This document shows, one piece after another, positions 13,624 to 22,846 of a DNA stretch of 64,000 nt (position 1 is the first letter of the stretch; each line of letters begins with the position of its first letter). Below the pieces are notes generated by a model. It was not told the DNA's origin, did no database searches, and was given only the letters and a program-made list of their open reading frames with translations. Made by a program: the position numbers and the translations under genes. This stretch comes from an uncultured Chloroflexia bacterium (GTDB lineage Bacteria > Chloroflexota > Limnocylindria > Limnocylindrales > CSP1-4): the NCBI GenBank assembly GCA_963712745.1, contig CAVQJC010000001.1, forward strand, positions 32,001 to 96,000. Reading direction: 5' to 3'.

Positions 13624-15552
13624 ATGGGCCGCTTCGTCACCGCCACGCTGGTCGTGGCGCTCTCGCTCGGACCGGGAGCCACGTTCGCAGTCGAGGACGA
13701 GGCACCCGCGACCGGGGCCTTCAGCCGTACGGGTTCGCTCAGCGAAGCACGCTCCTCGTTGGGGGTGTACGGAGCGGTACCACTGGCCGACGGGCGCATC
13801 CTCGTGATGAACGGAGGCTGCCACGCCAGGAGCGCTCCGTCGTTGGAGGTCTGGGACCCCGAGACGGGCGAGTTCAGCTTGGCGGGGAGCCTCGCCACGG
13901 GCCGCTGCTACTACACGGCGACGCCACTGGAGGACGGTCGGGTACTCATCCTGGGCGGGGGTAGAAGTAACCAAGGCATGAGCCCCAGGGCCCAGTTGTG
14001 GGATCCGGAGACGGGAGCGCTCGAGGCCGCAGGCAAGCTGGACCCGCCCCGCGTCGGCCACACGGCCACGCGCCTGCAGGACGGATGGGTCCTCATCGTC
14101 GGCGGATCGAGTAGCACCGATACATACCGACCCCTCGCCTCCGCGCAGGTCTGGGATCCGGAGAATGAGCAGTTCAGCCCGACAGGCCCGATGGCGCACC
14201 CGCGGTCCGGACACACGGCCACCTTGCTGCCAGACGGTCGCGTCCTCGTGGTCGGTGGAGCGGACGGCGACCAGCGTGGGAGCGCGGAGGTCTGGGATCC
14301 GGCCACCGGCACGTTCAGTCCGACCGGCTCGCTCATCCGTCCGCGCTTCGAGGACTTCTCGGCGCTGCCGCTGGTCGATGGACGCGTCCTCATCACCGGA
14401 CCGGGCCACGACGAACGACCGCTGCTGGACGAGGCCTGGGACCCGGCCACCGGCACGTTCGCCACGACCCCTACGGTCGTCTGGTCGGATTACGAGAGCA
14501 CGGCCACGGTGCTGCCGGATGGCCGCATCGTGGTCATCGGTGGCGGCGATGAGTTCAATGGGGCGGACGTCTGGGACCCAGCGACGTGGTCGAGCGTGCC
14601 GGCGGGTGAGCTCATCCGCTCACGGGGACGGCACGCCGCCGCACTGCTGCAGGACGGCCGCGTCCTAGTGGTAGGTGGCGACGTCGCCGCAGCCGAAGTC
14701 TGGGACCCGCACGGGCTGCCGGTGCCGGTGAGCGAGGAGTTCGAACGGGTCGGGCTGCCCTCTGTCTTCGGGAACCGGGTTGGCGACCTCATCGTGCTCG
14801 ATGACGAGGGCTTCTGCTCCTACCTGCTGGGCGGGATCTGGAACCGCGCCTCGATCGTCCCCAGCGACCTCGTGCTCGGCCAGAGCAGCGACAAGCAGGC
14901 CGTGCAGGCCGCCGTCGACGCCAACGCCCAGTTCCCGGCTACCGACGGCGAGATGCTGGAGCGGTGTGCCCAGACGCTCCGCCGGTTCCGAACCGCGGAG
15001 CCCGACGCGCTGGCCCCGGAGTGGTCGAAAGACCACCCGGTCGTGCCGCAGGCGTTCGCAAGCCTGGTCACGGACGAAACGACCGGGGACGATGCACGGC
15101 CGCGGATGGAGCCCTCCGACCGCACCTCTCTCGAGTTGCAGATGCTCCTCGGCGTTCGCGATGACCTGCAGGGATCGTGCGTGCCCAGGCGCAGTGACCT
15201 CCCGACGGGCTCCATCGCGGCCATCCAGTGCACGCCACGAGCGCCCGGCATCGAGCGGGTCCGAATCTATCTGTTCGAGCGTAGGCTCGAACTCATGGAC
15301 GCCTACTTCGCCAGGCTCGCGCGGGCGGGCGCCACAGTCTCAAGACCGCACTACCCACAGGTGCAGGGGGCCTCTTTCGTGGACAGGACGGGGCGGGCTC
15401 ACTTCCTCATCCCGAGCGCGCCGAACACCCTGTTCGAGGTCATCGGGAGCGGACGCAACGCAGAACGGGCGCGCCTCTTCGCCCACTTGGGCAACCAGGA
15501 CCAGCCTGGTGGACCCACGCTCTGCTGCGACGGTGGGAGCCCTGAGAAATGA
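13624..15552 (+). CDS. Secreted Kelch-repeat (beta-propeller) protein with two additional C-terminal domains
   Basis: Signal peptide; seven repeats of the pattern (H/Y)TATxLxDGRVLxxGG...WDP; non-Kelch C-terminal ~270 aa. Confidence 0.85.
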   Translation: MGRFVTATLVVALSLGPGATFAVEDEAPATGAFSRTGSLSEARSSLGVYGAVPLADGRILVMNGGCHARSAPSLEVWDPETGEFSLAGSLATGRCYYTATPLEDGRVLILGGGRSNQGMSPRAQLWDPETGALEAAGKLDPPRVGHTATRLQDGWVLIVGGSSSTDTYRPLASAQVWDPENEQFSPTGPMAHPRSGHTATLLPDGRVLVVGGADGDQRGSAEVWDPATGTFSPTGSLIRPRFEDFSALPLVDGRVLITGPGHDERPLLDEAWDPATGTFATTPTVVWSDYESTATVLPDGRIVVIGGGDEFNGADVWDPATWSSVPAGELIRSRGRHAAALLQDGRVLVVGGDVAAAEVWDPHGLPVPVSEEFERVGLPSVFGNRVGDLIVLDDEGFCSYLLGGIWNRASIVPSDLVLGQSSDKQAVQAAVDANAQFPATDGEMLERCAQTLRRFRTAEPDALAPEWSKDHPVVPQAFASLVTDETTGDDARPRMEPSDRTSLELQMLLGVRDDLQGSCVPRRSDLPTGSIAAIQCTPRAPGIERVRIYLFERRLELMDAYFARLARAGATVSRPHYPQVQGASFVDRTGRAHFLIPSAPNTLFEVIGSGRNAERARLFAHLGNQDQPGGPTLCCDGGSPEK

Positions 15553-15578
15553 GGGCGACCGAGCGAAGGAGAACGATC

Positions 15579-16499
15579 ATGCGGCGCACCGTCATCGCGA
15601 CACTGGTGCTGGCACTCGTTGCGGCTCCCGGAGCTGCGTCCGCCATCGACGACGATGCATCCACGTCCTTGAGCCCGCCCGCCGGGCTCACCTGCCAGGA
15701 CTACGTGACGAGCGAAGTGGCTAACGATCCCTTCGCCTTCGGGGCGGCGGCAGCGGTCAGTTGCCCCGGGACCGAATCAGAGGGGTTCCCCAGAGTCGAC
15801 TACCTGACGCTGTTCCGCTTCCCGGACGGGCCGACGATGGGCGAATACTGGGAATTCCGCAGCGACCAGAATCCGAAGCTGCCGAAGCGAGCAGAGGCCT
15901 GCGCCGACGGCAACAAGGGCTCCGCCGAATGGGCTCACGGCGACTACTTCTGCTACGTGTCCAAGTCAGGTGGTCACGCATTGCTGCGCTGGACCGACGA
16001 CCGCACGAACACGTACGGCGTGCTCGACGCTACCGATAGCAGCATCGCGCCGCTGTTCCGGTCGTGGACCAGGCTCCGAGGAGATGGGGCCAAGGCGCAC
16101 GATCTGGTCGCACCGGCCGAGGTAGCCCCGAGACCCGTCGAGGGGTTCGCCCAGGATGGCTTGCCCACGCTTGCCGGCCACACCACCGAGGACGGGGTCA
16201 TCGTCCTGCGCGACGAGGACTTCTGCGCATACCTGCTCGGCAGTATCTGGGGGCAGGACTCGGTCATCCTCACCGAACTCGTCTTCGTCGAGGGCACGGA
16301 CGATCGGTCGATCGAGAAGGCCGTCGAGACGTATGCGCAGAACCCACCGACCGACGAGTACGCGCTGGAGCGCTGCGTTGGGGCACTGAACCGGTACCGC
16401 ACGCGCGGTGGCGAGGTGATGCCCTTCCCGTGGTGGGCCAGCGAGAACCCGGTCATCCCCGAGGTCTTCGCGACGCTCTGGGGTGACGTGGAGCGATGA
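15579..16499 (+). CDS. Secreted two-domain hypothetical protein related to the C-terminus of the upstream Kelch protein
   Basis: AAGGAG RBS, signal peptide MRRTVIATLVLALVAAPGAASA, and visible alignment with the upstream gene. Confidence 0.8.
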   Translation: MRRTVIATLVLALVAAPGAASAIDDDASTSLSPPAGLTCQDYVTSEVANDPFAFGAAAAVSCPGTESEGFPRVDYLTLFRFPDGPTMGEYWEFRSDQNPKLPKRAEACADGNKGSAEWAHGDYFCYVSKSGGHALLRWTDDRTNTYGVLDATDSSIAPLFRSWTRLRGDGAKAHDLVAPAEVAPRPVEGFAQDGLPTLAGHTTEDGVIVLRDEDFCAYLLGSIWGQDSVILTELVFVEGTDDRSIEKAVETYAQNPPTDEYALERCVGALNRYRTRGGEVMPFPWWASENPVIPEVFATLWGDVER

Positions 16500-16630
16500 C
16501 GAGACATCCGGGATCGACCGCACTCGTGGCACCAGTTTCGAACTCGCGCGCACCCCTGACACGGGCGCGACCCGGGCTGCGCCACTCCGCGGACAAGGTG
16601 CGACACCGCAGGACCCTTGAAGGTCGGGGG

Positions 16631-16707
16631 TGGTGGGCGATACTGGATTCGAACCAGTGACCTCGCGGATGTGAACCGCGCGCTCTAACCAACTGAGCCA
16701 ATCGCCC
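16631..16707 (-). tRNA. tRNA-Val(CAC)
   Basis: GGGCGATTGGCTCAGTTGGTTAGAGCGCGCGG-TTCACAT-CCGCGAGGTCACTGGTTCGAATCCAGTATCGCCCACCA: cloverleaf with encoded CCA. A TATACT -10 lies at 16719-16724. Confidence 0.97.
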
Positions 16708-16832
16708 GTGGGACGAAGAGTATAGCCCGCTCACAGCGGAACGCCCGACGGCCCGAGCGCCAGGCTGAGCTGGGCCGTCCGGCCCTTGACGGTCCCGGCT
16801 CGCAGCGCGGGATGATGCCCGTGAGGCACGCG

Positions 16833-17435
16833 ATGCGACCAGCGACAACGGGAATAGCAGTGGTCATCATCCTGGTGATGGTGCTCATGTCCTGCTCGCT
16901 CGAGCAGCGGTCCGACCGGGCGCAGATCACGGTCGACCCGGCCGGCCGGGTCGAGTCTGTCGAGATCGGCATCGCGCTGACGTTCCCGGAGGACTGGCAG
17001 GTAGAGGCGTGGCCGGCCAGCTCGACTGAGCCGTTGACGTCGATCCGCGAACCCGACCTGCGCGAGCTGATCATCCCGGTCGTAGCGGCTGTGCCCCCGA
17101 CGAGGCACGACCGCTGCGTGCTCGTGGACCTGGGCCCGCTCGTGGAGGCACAGGCAGGCTGGACGACGCTCGAAGAGGTGGTGGGCGGGTTGCGGCAGCT
17201 GCTCGAAGCTGATGGCCGCTGGGTCGCCTTCGGAAGCACGGTCGTCGACCTGCCCGCCGGTCCTACCGGACGCATCCAACGGGTCCGCGACGGCGAAGCG
17301 GAGTCAGTCAGCAGCTATGTCTTCACACGGGCCGAGGCATGGTTCCTGCTCGAATGCGTCGTCCACGAAGTCCTCACCGAGGACTGGCGCTCCATCGCCC
17401 GGACGTTCGAGTTCCTCGCGCCTGTCCCCGTGTGA
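16833..17435 (+). CDS. Hypothetical lipoprotein
   Basis: Hydrophobic N-terminus ending in lipobox LMSC; LTFPEDW motif. Confidence 0.7.
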   Translation: MRPATTGIAVVIILVMVLMSCSLEQRSDRAQITVDPAGRVESVEIGIALTFPEDWQVEAWPASSTEPLTSIREPDLRELIIPVVAAVPPTRHDRCVLVDLGPLVEAQAGWTTLEEVVGGLRQLLEADGRWVAFGSTVVDLPAGPTGRIQRVRDGEAESVSSYVFTRAEAWFLLECVVHEVLTEDWRSIARTFEFLAPVPV

Positions 17436-17507
17436 TCAAGCCCACCCGCCGCCCGGCGCTGAACCGGCTCGCTGCAGGACACGCGACGGCGAGGCGGCCG
17501 TGCACGG

Positions 17508-17798
17508 CTACGCGCGGGCGATGCTCGCTCCGGGCCAGCGTCGCGTGACCTGGCTGACGGTCACGCCCTCGATGCGCACACGCTTGTGGCGGCTGGCCGC
17601 ACCGCTCACCAGGGAGACAGCACCCTTGGGCAGGCCCAGGGTCCTGGCCAGCAGCTTGAGCGCAGCCTTGTTGGCAGCACCATCGGCCGGGGCTGCGGTG
17701 ACCCGCAGTCGGATGGCACCCTCGGCGTCGACCTCCTCGACCGCGTCGTGACTCGACCGTGGCGTCACGCGGACGGCCACGATCAGCGCCTCACTCAC
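17508..17798 (-). CDS. DUF167/YggU family protein
   Basis: Motifs VRVTPRSS, RVTAAPADGAAN and LVSGAASRHK. Confidence 0.9.
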   Translation of the reverse strand: MSEALIVAVRVTPRSSHDAVEEVDAEGAIRLRVTAAPADGAANKAALKLLARTLGLPKGAVSLVSGAASRHKRVRIEGVTVSQVTRRWPGASIARA

Positions 17799-18046
17799 AG
17801 GTACCAGGTCATGCGCATGAGCAGGCCCAGCCCGATGAGCAGCACCAGCGGCGAGAAGTCGAACGAGCCCGACTGTGGCAGCACGCGTCGGATGGGTGCG
17901 AGGAAGGGCTCGGTCAAGCTGAAGAGGAACTGGCCCAGGGGCTTCTCGAACTGGGGGTCGACCCAGCTGAAGAGCACGCGCCCCAGCATCACCACCCAGG
18001 CCGTGGTCACGAGCGACTGCAGCAGGATGCGGAGGAAGTCTTCCAC
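17795..18046 (-). CDS. yggT: YggT family membrane protein
   Basis: RVLFSWV...LTEPFLAPIRRVLP...DFSP. Confidence 0.9.
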   Translation of the reverse strand: MEDFLRILLQSLVTTAWVVMLGRVLFSWVDPQFEKPLGQFLFSLTEPFLAPIRRVLPQSGSFDFSPLVLLIGLGLLMRMTWYL

Positions 18047-18056
18047 GGCTCGGTGC

Positions 18057-18749
18057 TCAGCTGATGGGAGGGCGCTCTCCGAAGAGCGCCCGGCCGACCC
18101 GCACGACCGTACTGCCTTCCTCGATGGCGGCCTCGTAGTCGTCGGTCATACCCATGGACAAGCCAGGACCCAGGCGTGGGTCGGAAACCCGCAGGCGCTC
18201 GGAGAGCTCGCGCAGGCGGACGAAGGTGGGGCGAGCCTCCGCAGCGCCGCCGGTCAGCCAGCCCACGGTCATGAGACCGGCCACCTCGACGTTGGCCAGG
18301 TCCAGGACATCGGCCAGCTCGCGCTCCAGCGCATCCGGCGCGAAGCCGGCCTTGGCCGGGTCGGCATCGACGTTGACCTGCAGGTAGACCGGTAGCCGCC
18401 CAGCGCCGCGCCAACCGTGCTCGCCCACCAGGCGGTCCAGCCGGGTCGCCAGGGCCAGTGAGTCCACCGACTCGATGACGTCGAAGAGCTCGATGGCCCT
18501 GGCTGCCTTGTTCTTCTGCAAGTGGCCCACCAGGTGCCAGGTGGCCGGGGCCAAGGCGGGGATCTTGCCGGCCGCCTCCTGCACCCGGTTCTCCCCGAAC
18601 AGGTCGATGCCGGCGGCCTGGGCCAGGCGCAGCCGTTCGGCCGGGACGGTCTTGGAGATGGCTACGAGAGTCGCGGCGCCGGCCGGGCGACCCGAACGCA
18701 CGCAGGCCGCCGCCATTCGCCCGCGGACATCGGCGCGGGCGGCGGCCAA
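18057..18749 (-). CDS. yggS: PLP homeostasis protein YggS (start uncertain)
   Basis: Motifs LVAISKT, FGENRVQEA, WHLVGHLQKNK, LSMGMTDDY and VRVGRALFG. Confidence 0.92.
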   Translation of the reverse strand: MAAARADVRGRMAAACVRSGRPAGAATLVAISKTVPAERLRLAQAAGIDLFGENRVQEAAGKIPALAPATWHLVGHLQKNKAARAIELFDVIESVDSLALATRLDRLVGEHGWRGAGRLPVYLQVNVDADPAKAGFAPDALERELADVLDLANVEVAGLMTVGWLTGGAAEARPTFVRLRELSERLRVSDPRLGPGLSMGMTDDYEAAIEEGSTVVRVGRALFGERPPIS

Positions 18750-18803
18750 CTCGGAGACGGCCCGCTCGTCGAGCGGGCCCAGTTCAGTGTTCGTTGGTAC
18801 GGG

Positions 18804-20021
18804 TCAGCGGCTGCGGCGGAGGAACGCGGGGATGTCGAGGTCCTCTTCCTTGGAAGAACCCCGGGATTCGCCCGCGGCCACGGGCTGGCCCGTCGAGACC
18901 GGCACGGCCACGGCCTGCCTGGCTTCGCCCTGGCCCTCGGACTCGGCCTTGTCGCCGGCCGCCGTGCGCTGGCGCGCCAGCTCCTGCATGAAGTCGCGGT
19001 TGTCGAGCCCGGCCTGGACACCGGCATCGACGCCTTCCTCGGCACCGACCTGCAGGTACGAGGCCTGGCGGTTGTGGTCGAAGCCGGTGGCGATGACTGT
19101 GATCTGCAGGTCCTCACCCATGCGCTCGTCGATGACCGTACCGAAGATGATGTTGGCCTCCGGGTCGGCCATCTCCTTGATGATCTCCGCGGCCTCGTCG
19201 ATCTCGAAGAGGCCCAGGCTGGGACCACCGGTGACGTTGAAGAGCACGCCCTGGGCGCCACTGATGCTGACCTCGAGCAGGGGGCTGCTGATGGCCTCGC
19301 GCGCCGCCTCCGCAGCGCGATCGGGTCCGCTGGCGCGGCCGATGCCCATGAGCGCCGAGCCGGCCGAGCGCATGACAGCGCGCACGTCGGCGAAGTCGAG
19401 GTTGATGAGGCCGGGCACGGTGATGAGGTCGCTGATGCCCTGCACGCCCTGGCGCAGGACGTCGTCGACGACGCGGAAGGCGTCGACGATGGAGGTCTCC
19501 TCGCTGACCACCTCCTTGAGGCGATCGTTGGGGATGGTGATGAGCGTGTCGACCTTGTCGCGCAGCAGCTCGGCCGACTTCTCGGCGTTGAGGCGGCGAC
19601 GGGCGCCTTCCCAGCTGAAGGGCTTGGTCACCACGCCGATGGTCAGAGCACCCATGTCGCGCGCGATCTCGGCGATGACGGGTGCGGCTCCCGACCCGGT
19701 CCCACCACCCATGCCGGCGGTGATGAAGACCATGTCGGAGTCACGGAGGGCGTCGGCGATCTTCTCGGAGTCTTCCTCGGCGGCACGCTGGCCGATGGAG
19801 GGGTCGCCGCCGGCGCCGAGGCCGCGGGTGATCTTGTCGCCGACGCGGATCTTGTTGGGCGCGTCCGACTGCAGCAGGGCTTGGGCATCGGTATTGACAG
19901 CGATGAACTCCACGCCCATCAGCTCGGCCCGGATCATGCGGTTGACGGCGTTGCTGCCACCACCGCCGACCCCGATCACACGGATGAGAGCGAAGTTCTC
20001 TGAGTCAGAACGCAACGGCAT
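18804..20021 (-). CDS. ftsZ: Cell division protein FtsZ
   Basis: [13 protein letters not shown], tubulin motif [15 protein letters not shown], and C-terminal [10 protein letters not shown]. Confidence 0.98.
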   Translation of the reverse strand: MPLRSDSENFALIRVIGVGGGGSNAVNRMIRAELMGVEFIAVNTDAQALLQSDAPNKIRVGDKITRGLGAGGDPSIGQRAAEEDSEKIADALRDSDMVFITAGMGGGTGSGAAPVIAEIARDMGALTIGVVTKPFSWEGARRRLNAEKSAELLRDKVDTLITIPNDRLKEVVSEETSIVDAFRVVDDVLRQGVQGISDLITVPGLINLDFADVRAVMRSAGSALMGIGRASGPDRAAEAAREAISSPLLEVSISGAQGVLFNVTGGPSLGLFEIDEAAEIIKEMADPEANIIFGTVIDERMGEDLQITVIATGFDHNRQASYLQVGAEEGVDAGVQAGLDNRDFMQELARQRTAAGDKAESEGQGEARQAVAVPVSTGQPVAAGESRGSSKEEDLDIPAFLRRSR

Positions 20022-20294
20022 GTAATTGATCCCTCCAGATCGCGCACCAGGCACCTGCAGCCCATCGGGCCACCCGCACGGTCAGGGGCAACTCCTGAAG
20101 ACCACCTGGTCGGTTCGGCCGAGTATATCCTCGGTCCCCGACTCAGGGATAGTCCCGTAGGTCGCCGGCTCCGAGCGTGCGTGCAGGGAGGCCTCCCGTT
20201 CTTGGCGCCTTTGGTCAACGGGCGGACGGATGGTGCTGCAGGGCGATGCCCGGAACGCCTGGCACGGGACCCTGAGCCTCAGAGCCCGCCGTCC

Positions 20295-20391
20295 TGGCGC
20301 ATGGCCGTGCTGTTGGCGCGTGGCCATGCCGTGGCGCACGGCCGTGCCGTTGGAGCGTGGCCGTGCCGTTGGCGCGTGGCCGTGCCGTGGC
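20295..20391. repeat. Five tandem 18-19 bp units, consensus TGGCGCGTGGCCGTGCCGT
   Basis: Units start at 20295, 20314, 20332, 20351 and 20370. Confidence 0.85.
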
Positions 20392-20405
20392 AGATCAGCG
20401 GCTCT

Positions 20406-20552
20406 TCCCGCTGGACGGGACAACACTGCCAGCACGACCGCGGAAGCTCACGACGGTCCCGTTGGGCGGGAACCGCGGGCGCTTCTTCCCGTTGGGCGGG
20501 GATGCCGGGCAGGTTCGGCGCTTGGGTCGTCGAGTTCTCCCGTTGGACGGGA
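20406..20552. repeat. Four REP-like palindromes TCCCG-YTGGR-CGGG(A/G)
   Basis: Copies start at 20406, 20457, 20487 and 20538 (periods 51, 30, 51), with non-identical spacers. Confidence 0.8.
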
Positions 20553-20592
20553 ACCACCATGGCTACTGCGGGCCCACGGGCGACGGCTGCAG

Positions 20593-21828
20593 CTAGGGGA
20601 AGAAGCGGCGCACCACCTCGCGCACGCGATCCCAGTTCTGGGCGCGTGGCGGTGGCTCGTAGCGCAGCAGGTCCTCGGTGGTGACCACGTGGGCCGCCCA
20701 CAGCAGCAGGCCGATGGCCGTCGCGTAGCTCGGCGTGAGCAGGTGGTCGGTGAGCCCGCCGACGCCCTCCGGCGCCGCCACCCGCACCGGGACCTGGAGC
20801 ACATCGCGGGCGAGCTCGGCGGCGTTGGCCAGCTGGGCTGCACCACCGGTGAGCACCAGTCCGGCGGGCAGGCGGTGAGCGCTGGCGTTGTCCGACAACT
20901 CCTCGCCGATCTTCTCGAAGAGCTCGCGCATGCGCGCGTCGATGATCTCGGTCACGTCCGCCTTGCGCGCCGGACGCGCCACACCGTCGTCGATGATCTC
21001 GACCGCAGCCTCGCTGTCGTCGGGGGCCGACATGGCCTCCTGCGAGCCGAACTGCATCTTCAGCTGTTCAGCCGCGGTCAGGTTCGTGCGCAGGCCGATG
21101 GCGATGTCGTTGGTCACGTTGACGCCACCGAGCGGGATGACCGAGGTGTAGAAGGGCGTGCCATCGGCGTAGAGCGCAAGGTCGGTAGTGCCCGCCCCGA
21201 TGTCGGCCACGGCCACGCCCAGCTCCTTCTCGGTCTCGCTCAGCACCGCCTCGCCCGAGGCGATGGAGGAGACGACGAGCTCATCGGGCCGCATGCCCGC
21301 GTGTCGTACGCACTTGGTCAGGTTCTGCAACGCCGTGGCGCCGCCGTGGACGATGTGTGTGGTGACCTCGAGGCGGATGGCGCTCATGCCCTCGGGGTCC
21401 TTCACGCCCTCCTGGCCGTCGACGGTGAAGTCGCGCGGCAGCACGTGCAGGACCTCCCGGTTGGAGGGGATGGTCACCGCCCGCGCGACCTCGGTGGCGC
21501 GCTCGATATCCTCGCGCGTGACCTCGCGATGGGCGCCGCTGACCGCGACCGTGCCGCGCGAGTTCAGCGACTCGAGGTGATCGCCGCCGACGCCGACGAA
21601 GGCGGCCTCCAGCCGCAGGCCCGACAGTCGCTCGGCCTGCTCGATGGCACCGCGGATCGAGGTGACGGTCTGGTCGATGTTGTTGACGAGGCCCTTCTTG
21701 ACCCCGGTCGTGGGCATCGTGCCCTTGCCGATGATGTCCAGCGTGCCATCGTTGGTGACTTCGCCGACGAGCACGACGACCTTGCTCGTACCGACATCGA
21801 GCGCCACCAGGATCGCTTCGATCTCCAA
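20593..21828 (-). CDS. ftsA: Cell division protein FtsA
   Basis: Motifs LDVGTSK, DIGAGTTD and VLTGG, and an amphipathic C-terminal helix WDRVREVVRRFF. Confidence 0.97.
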   Translation of the reverse strand: MEIEAILVALDVGTSKVVVLVGEVTNDGTLDIIGKGTMPTTGVKKGLVNNIDQTVTSIRGAIEQAERLSGLRLEAAFVGVGGDHLESLNSRGTVAVSGAHREVTREDIERATEVARAVTIPSNREVLHVLPRDFTVDGQEGVKDPEGMSAIRLEVTTHIVHGGATALQNLTKCVRHAGMRPDELVVSSIASGEAVLSETEKELGVAVADIGAGTTDLALYADGTPFYTSVIPLGGVNVTNDIAIGLRTNLTAAEQLKMQFGSQEAMSAPDDSEAAVEIIDDGVARPARKADVTEIIDARMRELFEKIGEELSDNASAHRLPAGLVLTGGAAQLANAAELARDVLQVPVRVAAPEGVGGLTDHLLTPSYATAIGLLLWAAHVVTTEDLLRYEPPPRAQNWDRVREVVRRFFP

Positions 21829-21867
21829 GTGATTCCCTTCCTCGACCTTCCGGGGCCCTTGCCAGCC

Positions 21868-21885
21868 CGGTGCGCCGACGCACCA
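21868..21885. promoter_or_regulatory. 18-bp palindromic box upstream of ftsA, same motif as upstream of parA
   Basis: CGGTGCGCCGACGCACCA, compared with TGGTGCGTTGACGCACCA at 55069. Confidence 0.6.
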
Positions 21886-21931
21886 CGGCTCCTACATTGT
21901 GTGCGATGCGGCCGGGTTCCGCAGGGCCGTT

Positions 21932-22846
21932 CTAGCTGCCCTTGGGTCGCTTGTCGTCGAAGGTGGTGAACGTTCCGCAGGCCTCGTCCGAGGGAACGAG
22001 GCGCACCTGCTCGAGCTTTCGCTCGTGCGCGGCCAGCAGCCAACGCAGGCACTGCACCTGGCGGGGGATGATCGTGGGCGGCTGGAGCGCGGGCGTGTAG
22101 CGACCGAAGAGCGCCCTCCAGCCACTGTCGCGGCTCTTCAGCACGTAGCCGTCGCGCTGGTCGACGCGCAGCTCGAGGGCCTCGGACTCGCTGCCCAGCA
22201 GCTCCGGGGTGAGGGCCAGCAGCTGGCGCATGATGCTCATGTCCGCCGCCGGCAGGCGCGTACCCACCGTCGGCGGCTCTTCCACGATGCGCCCGTCCTC
22301 GACCACCGGCAGCGCAGCCCTCGCCGCGCCACCCACCGCTGCTGCACTACCCTCGTCGCGGACCTGGCTGCCCGGCCCGGCCCCCATGGCCTCGCCGGGA
22401 GCGAAGAGCATGCCCTCCTCGTCCACGAGCCAGGATTCCTCGAGGTCGCTCCAGATGAAGACCGGGTCGCGCTCGTCGAGTCGGACCGTGACCTCGGCCG
22501 GCAGGCTGACCGTGGCCGAGGCGGCGTCGACCTCGACCAGCTCCGACAGCTCGCTGACGATGTCCGAAGCTCGGACACGGAAGACGTTGGGCCCGCGGTC
22601 GATGTCGGCGAGGTAGGCGCGGACCTGCTCTTCGTCGGCGTGGGCCAGGCCACGGAACGTGACGTTCTCCTCGGTGACCCGGAAACTCTCGTCGGTCAGC
22701 AGCCAGAAGAGCACGGCCGTGAGCGCGATGAGTCCGGCCGCGCCCACCAGCCGCGCCATGGTGGTGTGGCCGCGGGGCGGGCGCGAGGGCGGATTCGAAC
22801 GTGGTGCGATCTGGCCGGCGTCTCTGCCCGGCCGGGCGAAGGTCAC
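21932..22846 (-). CDS. ftsQ: Cell division protein FtsQ/DivIB-like
   Basis: One TM segment, a POTRA-like region (LPAEVTVRLDERDP...LVDEEG), and position between ddl and ftsA. Confidence 0.8.
   Translation of the reverse strand: MTFARPGRDAGQIAPRSNPPSRPPRGHTTMARLVGAAGLIALTAVLFWLLTDESFRVTEENVTFRGLAHADEEQVRAYLADIDRGPNVFRVRASDIVSELSELVEVDAASATVSLPAEVTVRLDERDPVFIWSDLEESWLVDEEGMLFAPGEAMGAGPGSQVRDEGSAAAVGGAARAALPVVEDGRIVEEPPTVGTRLPAADMSIMRQLLALTPELLGSESEALELRVDQRDGYVLKSRDSGWRALFGRYTPALQPPTIIPRQVQCLRWLLAAHERKLEQVRLVPSDEACGTFTTFDDKRPKGS

Noticed and set aside
18750-18806. FtsZ-YggS readthrough (yggS is in frame after the ftsZ TGA)
   Set aside because: FtsZ ends with its normal conserved tail. A TTG or other non-canonical yggS start is simpler, and in-frame adjacency is a 1-in-3 chance.
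20406-20552. CRISPR array
   Set aside because: The repeats are only 15 bp, spacing is irregular (15-36 bp), and there is no leader or cas gene.
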